DNA of 64,000 nucleotides from Squalus acanthias. Its lineage: Eukaryota. Position 1 is the stretch's first letter. Each line of letters opens with the position of its first letter. The notes under the pieces were generated by a model, which did no database searches, was not told the DNA's origin, and saw only the letters and a program-made list of their open reading frames with translations. Made by a program: the position numbers and the translations under genes. Positions 15,301 through 29,241 of the stretch are shown one piece after another. The stretch spans positions 310,001-374,000 of the forward strand of contig JASTWF010000235.1 in NCBI GenBank assembly GCA_030390025.1. Reading direction: 5' to 3'.

Positions 15301-15463
15301 TAACACTCACAACTAAGGGGATCAAGGGGTATGGCGAGAAAGCAGGAATGGGGTACTGAGGTAGCATGTTCAGCCATGAACGCATTGAATGGCGGTGCAG
15401 GCTCGAAGGACCGAATGGTCTACTCCTGTACCTATTTTCTATGTTTCTATGTTTCTATGTTTC
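12318..15463 (+). mobile_element. CR1-clade LINE, 5'-truncated (end of ORF1, full ORF2 with one frameshift, 3' UTR with (TTCTATGT)n tail)
   Basis: Starts with an ORF1 C-terminus GTDVLGVIFAKAVREDLN* (stop 12372-12374), then APE endonuclease and RT motifs, and ends in 8-bp tandem tail repeats typical of CR1. Satellite A resumes on both sides. Confidence 0.95.
12422..15359 (+). pseudogene. CR1 ORF2 (endonuclease + reverse transcriptase) broken by a single +1 frameshift at ~12905-12907
   Basis: ORF 12422-12964 has LNARS, GITET and HRPP motifs. ORF 12864-15359 has MGDFN, LDWVL, SDH, PGPDG, NYRPVSL, LDFQKAFD, QGSVLGP and FADD. Removing one G joins EVGDG|MKQEIR. Confidence 0.9.
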
Positions 15464-18345
15464 TGAACACACTGCCCCCTCCCTGGGCAGATCAGTGTCA
15501 GTCAGTGAACATACTGCACCCACAGGAGCATCACACACTGCCCGCTCCCTGGGGTAGCTCAGAGTCAGACACTGAACCTACTGCACCCACAGGGACTTCA
15601 CGCACTGCCCCCACCCTGGGGCAGCTCAGAGACAGACACTGAACATACTGCAAAAACAGGGATATCACACACCGTCCCCTCCCTGGGGCAACTCAGAGAC
15701 AGACACTGAGCATACTGAACCCACAGTGACATCACACACTGCGCCCAAACTGGGACAGCTGAGTCAGACACTGAACATAGTGCTCCGACAGTGGCATCAC
15801 ACAATGCCCACACCATGGGGCAGCTTAGTGTCGGACAATAAACATACTGCACCCACAGGGATATCACACACTGCTCCCTCGCTGGGGCAGCTCAGAGTCA
15901 GAAACTGAACATACTCCACCCACAGTGACATCACACACTGCTCCCTCCCTGTGGCAGCTCAGGTTCCGACACTGAACATACTGCACCCAACAGTGACATC
16001 ACACACTGCCCCCTCCCTGGGACAGCTCAGAGTCAGACACTGAACACACTGCACCCACAGTGACATCACACACTGCCCCATCCCTGGGACAGCTCAGAGT
16101 CAGACACTGAACACACTGCATCCACAGTGACATCACACACTGCCCCCTCCCTGGGGCAGCTCAGAGTCAGACATTGAACACACTGCACCCACAGTGATAT
16201 CACACACTGCCCTCTCCCTGGGACAGCTCAGAGTCAAAGACTGAACAGACTCCACCCACAGTGACATCACACACTGCCCCCTCTCTGGGACAGCTCAGAG
16301 TCGGACACTGAACATACTGCACTCACGGTAACATCGCACACTGCCCCCTCCCTGGGACAGCTCAGAGTCAGACACTGAGCACACTGCACGCACTGTGACA
16401 TCACACACTGCCACCTCCCTGGGACAGCTCAGTGTCTGACCCTGAACATACTGCACCCACAGTGACATCACACACTGCCACCTCCCTGGGACAGCTCAGG
16501 GTCTGACCCTGAACATACTGCACCCACAGTGACATCACACACTGCCCCCTCCCTGGGGCAACTCAGGATTAGACACTGAAAAAAACAGAACCCAGCGAGA
16601 CATCACACACTGCCCCCTCCCTGGGGCAACTCAGGGTCAGACACTGAATATACTGCACCCACAGTGAGATCACACACTGCCCCCTCCCTGGTGCAACACA
16701 GGGTCAGACACTGAACGTACTGCACCCCACAGTGACATCACACATTGCCCCTTCCTGGGGCAGCTCAGAGGCAGACACTGAACATACTGCACCCAAAGTG
16801 ACATCACACACTGACCCCTCCCTGGGTCAACTCAGGTTCAGACACTGAAAATACTGCACCCACAGTGACATCACACACTGCACCCACCCTGGGGCAGCTC
16901 AGAGTCAGACACTGATCATGCTGCACCAACAGGCACATCACACACTGCACCCTCCCTGGGGCAGCTCAGAGAGAGACGCCGAACATACTGCACCCAAAGG
17001 GACGTAACACTATGTCCCTCCCTGTGGCAGCTCAGAATCAGACATTGAATACACCGCAACCAACAGAGACATAAAACACTGCCACATCCCTGGGGCTGCT
17101 CAAGGTGAGATACTGAACATACTGCACCCCACAGTGACATCACACACTGCCCCCTCCCTGGGACACCTCAGAGACAGACAACGAACATACTGCAACCACA
17201 GGGACTTAACACTATGCCCTTCCCTGGGGCAGCTCAGAGTCAGACACTGAACATACTGCACCCACAGTGACACCACACACTGCGCCCTCCCTGGGGCAGC
17301 TCAGAATCAGACACTGAACATACTGCACCCAAAGTGACATCACACACTGCCCCCTCCCTGAGACAGCTCAGACTCAGACACTGAATATATTGCACCTCAC
17401 CGTGACATCACACACTGCCACGTCCCTGAACCAGCTCAGGGTCAGTCATTGAACATACTGCACCAAACAGGGACATCAGTCAATGCCCCCTCCCTGGGGC
17501 AGCTCAGGTCAGTCACTGAACATACTGCACCCACAGTGATATCACACACTGCCCCCTCCCTGGGGCAGATCAGGTTCAGACACTGAACATACTGCACCCC
17601 ACAGGAATATCACACACATCCCCCACCCTGGGGCAGCTCAAGTCAGACACTGAACATACTGCACCCACAGTGACATCACACACAGTCCCCTCCCTGGGAC
17701 AGCTCAGAGTCAGACACTGAACACACTGCACCCACAGTGACATCACACACTGCCCCCTCCCTGGGACAGCTCAGAGTCAGACACTGAACACACTGTACCC
17801 ACAGGAACATCACACACTGCCCGCTCCCTGGGGAAGCTCAGGGTCAGACACTGAACATACTGCAACCACAGTGACATCACACACTGCCCCCTCCCTGGTG
17901 AAGCACAGCGTCAGACATTGAACATACTGCACCCCACAGTGACATCACACACTGCCCCCTCCCTGGGACAGCTCAGAGTCAAACACTGAACATACTGCAC
18001 CCACAGTGACATCACACACTGCCCCCTCCCCGGGCCAGCTCAGAATCAGACACTGAACCTACTGCACCCCACAGTGACATCACACACTGCCCCCTACCTG
18101 GGGCAGCTCAAAGTCAGACACTGAACATACTGCACCCACAGTGACATCACACATTGCCCCCTCCCTGGGACAGCTCAGAATCGGACACTGCACATACTCC
18201 ACCCCACAGTGACATCACACACTGCCCCCTCCCTGGGACAGCTCAGAGTCAGACACTGAACACACTGCACCTACAGTGACATCACACACTGCCCCCTCCA
18301 TGGGCCAGCTCAGAGTCAGACACTGAACACACTGCACCCACAGTG
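15464..18345. repeat. Satellite A, block 2
   Basis: Same 67-bp monomer and orientation as block 1. Confidence 0.95.
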
Positions 18346-19545
18346 ACATACATAGATACATACATAGAAGATAGGAGCAGGAGTAGGCCATCCGGCCCTT
18401 CGAGCCTGCTCCGCCATTTAATGAGATCATGGCTGATCCTCCAATTCAGTATCCCGTCCCCGCCTTCTCTCCGTAACCCTTAACACCTTTTGCCTGTAGA
18501 AATATATCTAATTCCCTCTTAAATATATTTAATGAGCTGGCGTACACTGCCCTCTGTGGCAATGAGTTCCACAGGTTCACCACCCTCTGAGTGAAGAAAT
18601 TCCCCCTCATTTCTGGCCTAAATGGTTTAGCCCTTATCCTTAAATTATGTCCTCTAGTTCTGTTCTCACCCGCCAAGGGAAACATTCCTTCTGCATCTAG
18701 TCTGTCTAGACCTGTCAGAATTTTATACACTTCTATGAGGTCCCCTCTCAATCTTCTAAACTCCAGTGTGTACATCCCTAAACTACATAGTCTCTCCTCA
18801 TAGGTCAATCCCGCCATTCCTGGTATCAGCCTGGTGAATCGCCGCTGCACCCCCTCCATGGCAAGAACATCTTTCCTCAGATGAGGCGACTAAAACTGTA
18901 CACAGTACTCGAGGTGTGGTCTCACCAGTGCCCTGTACAGCTGCAGCAAGGTATCCCTGTTCCTGTATTCCAACCCTTTTGCTATGAAGGCCAGCATACC
19001 GTTTGCCTTCTTGACCGCCTGTTGCACCTGCATGCTCGCCTTCAGTGACTGGTGTACAAGAACACTCAGGTCTCTCTGTACTTCCCCCTCTCCCAATTTA
19101 TTGCCATTTAAATAATAATTTGCCCTCCCGTTCCTGCACCCAAGGTGGATAACTTCGCACTTGTCCACATTATAGCGCATCTGCCATTTATCCGCCCAAT
19201 CACCCAGTCTGTCCAAATCGCTCTGGAGCTTCCTGTTCTCCTCCTCTGAGCCCACCCCCCCCTCCTAGTTTAGTGTCGTCTGCAAATTTGGAAATGCTGC
19301 ATCCGACTCCCTGGTCCAGGTCATTAATGTAAATTGTGAACAGCTGGGGACCCAGGACAGATCCCTGTGGTAGCCCACTTGTTACTGCCTGCCATTCAGA
19401 AAATGAGCCGTTTATTCCAACTCTCTGTTTTCTATCTGACAGCCAGTTCTCTATCCACATCAATACTTTCCCCTTTATCCCATGAGCTTCAATTTTCCAT
19501 GCTAATCTTTTATGTGGGACCTTATCGAAGGCCTTTTGGAAGTCC
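18346..19545 (-). mobile_element. CR1 LINE, 5'-truncated, RT C-terminal half with stop/frameshift
   Basis: Minus ORFs with QGSVLGP, FADD, RPHLEYC and VQRRFTR. A (TATG)-rich tail lies at the left end. Inserted in satellite A. Confidence 0.93.
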
Positions 19546-20020
19546 CTCCCTGGGCCAGCTCAGAGTCAGACACTGAACACACTGCACCCACAGTGACATC
19601 ACACACTGGCCCCTCCCTGGGGCAGCTCAGAGTCAGACACTGAACGCACTGCACCACAGTGACATCACACACTGCCCCCTCCCTGGGGCAGCTCAGAGTC
19701 AGACACTGAACATTTTGCACACACAGTCACATCACATACTGCCCGCTCCCTGGGGCAGCTCAGCTTCAGACACTGAGCAAACTGCACCCACAGGGACATC
19801 ACACACGGCCCCCTCCCTTGGTCAGCGCATTTCATACACTGAAAACACTGCAACTCACAGGGACCCAAACACTGCCCCCTCCCTGGGGCAGCTCAGAATC
19901 AGGCACTTAGCATATTGCACCCCAAGGGGACATCAAAGATTGCCCCTCCCTTGGGCAGCGCTGGGTCAGACACTGAAAACACTGCACCCCAAAAAACATC
20001 ACAAACAGCCCCTCCCTGGG
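19546..20020. repeat. Satellite A, block 3 (degenerating edge)
   Basis: 67-bp monomers of increasing divergence, ending near 20020. Confidence 0.9.
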
Positions 20021-20179
20021 GGAGTCACTGCTTGTGGGACTGAAGCCATACTATGATCTTCTCCCCATCTTCTGATTATGATACCTGTAGATTCTGACTC
20101 TGGCGGGGGCAAACATTCTAAACGACCATTATAAATTCTCACCACATACTCAGGAAATGTGCTCCTCTTGCAGTCTCAG

Positions 20180-23100
20180 TCAGGTCCAGACCGCCTCACC
20201 GGTCCATATCCCAGACTAAACCAGACCCTCTCACCAGACACTGACCTAGATAGTACCAGATCATCCTTCACCAACCACAGACCAGACTGAACAAAATGCT
20301 CCCTCACCGAGCCCTCCCCCAACCTAAATCAGACAACCCTCACCAGTCTTTTTCCCAGACTAAAACAGAACTTCCCTCGCCAGAAACTGTCCGAAACTGA
20401 ACCAGACACTCCATCACCAGAAACTGCCTCGCACTGAAGCACACCCTAACACACCAGTCCCTGTCCCAGACTGAACCAACACTCCCACATCAGTCACTGT
20501 CCCAAACTGAAACACACCCTCACTCACCAGCCCCTGAACCAGATTCTCCCTCACAGCCCCTGTCCCAGACTGAACAAGACCCTCACTCACCAGTCCCTGG
20601 CCCATACTGAACAAGACCCTCCCTCAACAGTCCCTGTCACAGACTGAACAAGACCCTCCCTCAACAATCCCTGTCCCAGACTGAACAAGACCATCACTCA
20701 CCTATCCCTGTCCCAGACTGAACAAGACCCTACCTCACCAGTCCCTGTCCCAGACTGAACAAGACCCTCCCTCAACAATCCCTGTCCCAGACTGAACAAG
20801 ACCATCACTCACCTGTCCCTGTCCCAGACTGAACAAGACCCTACATCACCATTCCCTGGCCCAGACTGAACGATTCCCTGTCACGCAAGCCCCTGTCACA
20901 GATTTCGCCAGATCCTGTTTCATCAGTCCCTGTTCCAGACTTAACCAGATCCTGACACACAAGCCGCTGTCCCAGACTGAAGCAGACCCTCCCTCACCTG
21001 TCCCTGTCTCAGACTGAAGCAAACACACTCTCACAAGCCTCTGTCCCAGGCTGAACCAGACCATCCCACACCAGTCCCTGTCCCAGACTGAACCAGACCC
21101 TCCTTCACCAGTTCCTGTCCCAGACTGAACCAGACCCACCCTCACCAGTCCCTTTCCCAGACTAAAACAGAACTTCCCTCACCAGAAACTGTCCGAAACT
21201 GAACCAGACACTCCATCACTAGAAACTGCCTCACACTGAACTAGACCCTAACACACCAGCCCCTTTCCCAGACTGAACCAACACTCCCACATCATTCACT
21301 GTCCCAAACTGAAACACAGCCTCCCACACCAGCCCCTGAACCAGATTTTCCCTCACAAGTCACTGTCCCAGAGTGAACCAGACCCCCACACAGCAGCACC
21401 TGAACCAGATTCACCCTCACCAGTCCATGTCCCAGCCTGAACCAGACATACACTCACAGCCCTTGTCCCAGACTGAACCAGACCTACCCTCACCAGTCCC
21501 TATCCCAGACTGAAACAGACATACCCTCACCAGCCCCTGTCCCAGACTGATCCTGACCCTCCCTCACCAGCCTCTGTCACAGACTGAACCAAACCCTCCC
21601 TCACCAGCCCCTGTCTCAGACTGAACCTGACCCTCCCTCACCAGCCTCTGTCCCAGACTGAACCAGCCCCTCCCACACCAGCCTCTGTCCCAGACTGAAC
21701 CAGTCCCTCCCTCCCCAGCCCCTGTCTCAGACTGAACCAGACCCTCCCTCCCCAGCCCCTGTCTCAGACTGAACCAGACCCTCCCTCCCCAGCCCCTGTT
21801 CCTGACTGAACCAGACCCTCACTCACCAGTCCCTGTTCCTGACTGAACCAGACCCTCCCTCCCCAGCCCCTGTTCCTGACTGAACCAGACCCTCCCTCAC
21901 CAGTCCCTGTTCCAGACTGAAACAGACCCTCCCTCACCAGTCCCTGTTCCAGACTGAAACAGACCCTCCCTCACCAGTCCCTGTTCCAGACTGAAACAGA
22001 CCCTCCCAAACCATTCCCTGTTCGTGAATGAACCAATCTATCCCTCACCAGTCACTCTCCCAGATTGAACCGGACCCTCGCCCACCGGTCCCGGTCCGAG
22101 ACAGAAAAAGATTCTCCCTCAGCCGCCCATCTACCAGATGAAACAGACCACTTTCTCACAAGCCGCTGTCACAGACTGAACCAAACCCTCCGTCACCAGT
22201 TCCTGTTCCAGACTGAACTAGACCCTCCCGCACCAGCACCTGTCCCAGACTGAACCAGACCCTCCCTCACAATCACTGTTCCAGGCTGAAAAAGACGCCC
22301 GGCACCAGTCACTGTCCCAACCACACCAGCCCCTGTTACAGATTGAACCAGACACTTCCTCACCAGCCCTTATCCCAAACTTAACCAGACTCTCCCTCAA
22401 CAGTCCCTGTCCCAGACTGAACCAGACACTCCCTCACCAGACACTTTCCAGACATATCCAGACCATCCCTCAACAGTCCCTATCCCAGACTTAATCAGAG
22501 ACTGTCTCACCAGACCCTCTCCCAGACATTACCAGACCCTCCTTCACCAGTCCCTATCCTAGACTTAACCAGACATACCCTCACCAGTCCCTGTCCCAGA
22601 CTGAACCAGACCTACCCTCACAGCCCCATTCCCAGACTTAACCAGACCCTATCTCACCAGTCCCTGTCCCAGACTGAACCAGACATACCCTCACCAGACC
22701 CTGTCCCAGACTGAACCTGACCTACCTTACCAGCCTCATTCACAGACTGAACCAGACACTCCCGCACCAGTCCCTGTTCCTGACTGAACCAGACCCTCAC
22801 TCACCAGTCCCTGTTCCTGACTGAACCTGACCCTCCCTCACCAGCCACCGTCCCAGACTGAACCAGACCCTCCCACACCAGCCTCTGTCCCAGACTAATC
22901 CTGAACCTCCCTCACCAGTCTCTGTCCCAGACTGAACCTGACCCTCCCTTACCAGCCTCTGTTCCTGACTGAAACAGACCCTCCCTCACCAGTCCCTGTT
23001 CCTTACTGAACCAGACCCTCCCTCACCAGTCCCTGTTCCTGACTGAATCAGACCCTCCCTCACCAGTCCTTGTTCCTGACTGAACCAGACCCTCACTCAC

Positions 23101-26100
23101 CAGTCCCTGTTCCTGACTGAACCAGACCCCCCCTCACCAGCCACTGTCCCAGACAGATCCTGACTCTCCCTAACCAATCCCTGTCCCAGATTGAACCATA
23201 CCCTCCCGCACCAGTCCCTGTCCCAGATTGAACCGGACCCTCGCCCACGGGTCCCGGTCCGAGACAGAAAAAGATTCTCCCTCAGCCGCCCATCTACCAG
23301 ATGAAACAGACCACTTTCTCACAAGCCGCTGTCACAGACTGAACCAGACCCTCTGTCACCAGTTCCTGTCCCAGACTTAACCAGACGCCCCGGCAAACGA
23401 CCCAACCCCAGACGGAACCAGAGCCAACCTCCTCGCCGGTCCCTATCCCAGACTTAAGCCGATCCTGTCGCACCAGACCCTGTCCCAGACTGAACCAGAC
23501 CCTCCCTCACCAGTCCCTGTCCCGGACTGAAACAGACCCACCCTCCCCAGTCCCTCTCCCAGACTAAAGCGGAACCTGCCTCATCAGTCCCTGTTCCTGA
23601 CTGAACCAGACCCTCCCTCACCAGTCCCTGTTCCAGACTGAAAAAGACCCTCCCACATCAGCCACTGTTCCAGACTGAAACAGTCCCTCCCACACCAGTC
23701 CATCTCCCAGACTGAACCAGACCCTCCCTCACCAGTCCCTCTCCCAGACTGAAACAGACTCTCCCTCGCCAGTCCCTCTCCCAGACTGAATCAGACCCTC
23801 CCTCGCCAGTCCCTGTCCCAGACTGAAGCAGACCCTCCCACGCCAGTCCCTGTCCCAGACTGAAGCGGACCCTCCCTCGCCAGTCCCTGTCCCAGACTGA
23901 AACAGACCCTCCATCAGCAACTCGTGTCCCAAACTACAACAGAATTGTGTTCACCAGTCGCTAATCCAGACTGAGCCAGACATACCATCAACAGTCCCTG
24001 TCTCAGACTGAACCAGACTCCCACTCACCAGACCCTGTCCAAGTCTGAACTAGACCCTCCCTCACCAGTCCCTGTCCCAGACTGAACTAGACCCTCCCTC
24101 AAAAGCCCTTGTCCCAGACTTAACCAGACTCTCCCTCACCAAGTCCCTGTCCCAGACTGAACTAGACCCTCCCTCAAAAGCACTTGTCCCAGACTTAACC
24201 AGACCCTCCCTCACCAGTCCCTGTCCCAGACTTCACCAGACGCTCCGGCAAACGACCCTGACCCAGACGGAACCAGAGCCAACCTCACCGGTCCCTATCA
24301 CATACTTAAGCAGATCCTGTCGCACCAGACACTGTCCCTGACTTAACCAGACCCTGTCTCACCAGTCCCTGTTCCACACTGAACCAGACCCTTACTCACC
24401 GGGCACGGTCCCAGATAGAACCAGACGCTCCCTCACCAGCCCCTGTCCCAGACTGAACTAAACACTGCCTCAACAGCTCCTGTCCTAGACTGACCCAAAT
24501 ACTCCCTCGCCAAACAATGTCCCAGATAGAAACAAATCATCCCTCACCAGCCCCTGTCCCAGACTAAACCATACATAGCCTCAACAGCCCTGTCCCAGAC
24601 TGAACCAGACCCTCCCTCAACAGCCCCTGTCCCAGACTGAACCAGACCCTCCCTCACCAGCCACTGTCCCAGACTAAACCAGACATAGCCTCAACAGCCC
24701 TGTCCCAGACTGAACCAGACCCTCCCTCATCAGCCCCTGTTCCAGACTGAACGAGACCCTCCCTCATCAGCCCCTGTCCCAGACTGAACCAGACCCTCCC
24801 TCATCAGCCCCTGTTACAGACTGAACCAGATCCACCCTCACCAGTCTCTGACCAAGACTGAACCAGACCCTCCCTCACCAGTCCCTGACCAAGACTGAAC
24901 TAGACCCTCGCTCAAAACCCCTGACCCAGACTGAAGCAGACCCTCCCTCACCAGTCTCTGTCCCAGACTTTCCCAGACCCGCCATCACCAGCCCCTGTCC
25001 CAGACTGATCCAGACCCTCCTGTCCCTGTCCCAGACTGAACCAGTCGCTCGCTCAACTGTCCCTGTCCAAGACTGAAGCAGACCCTCCCTCCCCAGTCCC
25101 TGTGCCAGACTGAGCCACACCCTCACTCACCGGCCACGATCCCAGATAGAACCAGACACTCACTCACCAGCCCCTGTCCCAGACTGAACTAATCCCTGCA
25201 TCAACAGCTCCTGTCGAGGACTGACCCAGTTACTCCCTCACCAACCACTTTCTCAGATTAACACAAATCAAACTTCACCAGTCCCTGTCCCAAAATGAAC
25301 CAGACACTCCCTCAACAGCCCTGTCCCAGACTAAACCAGACCCTCCCTCACCAGCTCCTGTCCCAAACTGAACCAGACACTCCCTCAACAGCCCTGTCCC
25401 AGACTAAACCAGAACCTCCCTCAACAGCCCCTGTCCCAGACTATTCCAGATCCTCCATCACAAGCCCCTTTCCCAGACTGGGCCAGACGCCCCCTTACCC
25501 GACCATGTCCCAGACTAAACCAGACTCAACCTCACCAGTCCCTTTCCCAGACTAAACCAGAACCTCCCTCACCCGTCCTGTCCCAGACTGAACCAGACCC
25601 TCCCTCACCAGTCCCTCTCCCAAACTGAACCAGACCCTCCCTCACCAGCCCCTGTCCCAAACTGAACCAGACCCTCCCTCACCAGCCCCTGTCCCAGACT
25701 AATCCAGATCCTCCATCACCAGCCCCTTTCCCAGACTGGACCAGACGCCCCGTCACCCGTCCCTGTCCCAGACTGAACCAGACCCTCCCTCACCAGTCCC
25801 TGTTCCAGACTGAAACAGACCTTCCCTCACCAGTCCCTCTCCCAGTCTAAACCAGACCCTCCCTCACCACTCCCTGTCCCAAACTGAACCAGACCCTCCC
25901 TCACCAGCCCCTGTCCCAGACTGAAACAGACCATCCCTCACCAGCCCCTGTCCCAGACTGAACCAGACCCTCCCTCGCCAGTCCCTGTCCCAGTCTGATC
26001 CTGACCCTCCCTCACCAGTCCCTGTCCCAGACTGATCCTGAACCTCACTCACCAGTCCCTGTCCCAGACTGATCCTGACCCTCCCTCAGCAGTCCCTGTC

Positions 26101-29100
26101 CCAGGCTGATGCTGACCATCACTCACCAGTCCCTGTCCCAGACTGAAACAGAACCTCCCTCACCAGTCCCTGTCCCAGACTGAAACAGACCCTCCCTCAC
26201 CAGTCCCTGTCCCAGACTGATACTGAACCTCCCTCACCAGTCCCTCCCCCAGACTGAAACAGACCCTCCCTCACCAGCCCCTGTCCCAGACTGAAACAGA
26301 CCCTCCCTCACCAGCCACTGTCCCAGACTGAACCGGACCCTCCCTCACCAGCCAATGTCCCAGACTGAACCAGACCCTCCCACATCAGCCACTGTCCCAG
26401 ACTGAAACAGACCCTCCCTCACCAGCCCTTGTCCCAGACTGAAACAGACCCTCCTTCACCAACCCCTGTCCCAGACTGAAACAAACCCTCCCTCACCAGC
26501 CACTGTCCCAGACTGAACCGGACCCTCCCTCACCAGCACCTGTCCCAGACTGACCCAGACTCTCCACATCAGCCACTGTCCCAGACTGAAAAAGACCCTG
26601 CCTCACCAGTCCCTGTCCCAGACTAAACCAGACCCTCCCTCAACAGCCCCTGTCCCAGCCTAATCCAGACCCTCCCTCACCCGTCCCGTCACCCGACCAT
26701 GTCCCAGACTAAACCAGACTCAACCTCGTCAGTCCCTTTCCCAGACTTAACCAGACCCTCCCTCACCCGTCCTTGTCCCAGACTGAAACAGGCCCGCCTT
26801 CACCGACTACTGTCCCAGTCAACTCAAGACCCTCCCTCACCGACTGCTGTCTAAGACTGAACAAAACCCTCGCTCACTAGACCCTTTCCCACTGAGACAC
26901 ACCAAACCTCACCAGTCCCTGTCCCAGACTGAACTAGACCCTCCCTCAAAAGCCCTTGTCCCACACATAACCAGACCCTCCCTCACCAGTTCCTGTCCCA
27001 GACTTAACCAGGCGCCCCGGCAAACGACCCTGACCCAAACGGAGCCAGAGCCAACCTCACCGGTCCCTATCCCAGACTTAAGCAGATCCAGTCGCACCAG
27101 ACCCTGTCCCAGACTTAACCAGACCATGTATCACCAGTCCCTGTCCAACACTGATCCAGACCCTCACTCACCGGGCACGGTCCCAGATAGAAACAGACAC
27201 TCCCTCACCAGCCCCTGTCCCAGACTGAAGCAGACCCTCCCTCACCAGCCCCTGTCCCAGCCTGAAGCAGACCCTCACTCACCGCCCACGGTCCCAGATA
27301 GAACCAGGCACACACTCACCAGCCCCTTTCCCAGACTGAACTAATCCCTGCCTCAACAGCTCTTGTCGAAGACTGACACAGATACTCCCTCACCAACCAC
27401 TGTCCCAGATTAAAACAAATCAACCCTCACCAGTCCCTGTCCCAGACTGTTCCAGACCCTCACTCACCAGCCCCTGTCCCAGACTACTCCAGACCCTCCC
27501 TCACCCGTCCCGTCACCCGACCATGTCCCAGACTAAACCAGACTCAACCTCACCAGTCCCTTTCCCAGGCTTAACCAAACCCTCCCTCACCCATCCCTGT
27601 CCCAGACTGAAACAGGCCCGCCCTCACCGACTACTGTCCCAGTCAACACAAGACCCTCCCTCACCAACGACTCTCTAAGACTGAACAAAACCCTCGCTCA
27701 CCAGGCCCTTTCCCACTGAGACGCACCAAACCTCACCAGTCCCTGTCACAGACTGAACCAGACCCTCCATCACAAACCCCTGTCCCAGACTTATCCAAAA
27801 TCTCCCTCACCAGCCCCTGTACCTGATTTAACCAGTCCCAACATCACCAGCCCCAGTCCCAGACATAACCAGATCCTCACTCACCAGTTCCTGTCCCAGA
27901 CCGAACCAGTCGCGACACACCAACTCCTGTCCTAGACGGAACCAGATCTTCCCTCAATTGCACCAGTCCCACAATGAACCAGACGCCCTTCATCGCACCT
28001 GTCCCAGACTGAGTCAGACACGGCCTCACCAGTACCCGTCCCAGAATGAACCAGACCCCCCTCACCGCACCCTGTCCCAGACTGAGCCAGACACGGCCTC
28101 ACTAGTCACCGTCCCAGATTGAAGAATACCCACCCACGCAAGCCCCTGTCCCAGACAGAACAAAACCTTCTCTCACCAGCCCCTGACCCAGATTGAACCA
28201 AACCCACCCTCACCAGCCCCTGACCCAGATAAACCAGACCCACCCTCACCAGCCCCTGACCCAGATAAACCAGACCGTCGCTCATCGGTCCCAGACCAGA
28301 CTGAACAACACGCTGGCTCACTAGCCCCTATACCGGACTAAACCAGATTCTGCCTCACCATTCCCTGTCCCAGAATGAACTAGTCCGTTCTTCACTAGCC
28401 CCTGTCCCAGACTGAAACAGACCCTCCCTCAACAACCCTTGTCCCAGACTGAACAAATCGCTCACCAGCCCCTGTTCCAGGCTGAACCAGGCCGTCCCTC
28501 AACAGCCGCTGGCCCAGGCTGCACCAGACTCTCCATGACCGTGCCCTCTCCCAGCTGAATGGAATCGTCCCTCAGCAGTTCCTGTCTCAGACCGAATCAG
28601 ACCCGAATCAACAGCCCCTATCCCAAAATGAACAAGACGCTCCGTCATAAGTCCTTGTCCCAGACATAACCAGACCCTGACTCACCAGCCCCTGTCCTAG
28701 ACTTAACCAGACCCTCCCTCATCAGCCCCTGTTCCAGACTGAAACAGAACCTCCCTCACTTGCCCTTCTCTCAGAATGAGCTAGACACGTCCTCACCAGT
28801 CCGTATCCCAGACTGAACCAGACCCTCCCTCACCAGCCACTGTCCCAGACAGAGCAATATCTTCCCTCAACAGTCCCTGTCCCTGACTGAGCCAGACCCT
28901 CCCTCACCAGACCCTGTCTAAGACTGAACCAAACCCTCCCTCACCAGTCTCTGTCCCAGACTGAACCAGACCCTCCCTCACTACTCCCTGTCCCAGAATA
29001 AACCAGTCACACCCTCAACAGTCCCTGTCCCAGACTGAACCAAGCTTTCCCTCACCAGTCCCCGTCCCAGACTGAACCAGACTCTCATTAACCAATCCCT

Positions 29101-29241
29101 GTCCCAGACTGAACCAGACCCTCCCTCACCAGCCACCGTCCCAGACTGAACCAGACCCACCCTCACTAGTCCCTTTCCGAGACTGAACCAAGCCTTCCCT
29201 CAACAGTCCCTGTCCCAGACTGAACCAACCCTTCCCTCACC
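20180..29241. repeat. Satellite B, 37-bp monomer
   Basis: Consensus CCAGACTGAACCAGACCCTCCCTCACCAGTCCCTGTC; period seen at 21901/21938. Strongly C-rich on the + strand. Confidence 0.96.

Noticed and set aside
13184-15385. Antisense ORFs over CR1 ORF2
   Set aside because: Shadow frames of the LINE coding strand.
1-20020. Satellite CACAGTG sites as functional RSSs or an array of D segments
   Set aside because: No nonamer at 12 or 22/23 bp (GCCCCCTCC or GGGGCAGCT instead).
20414-29166. ORFs in satellite B
   Set aside because: Translations of a 37-bp non-triplet repeat.
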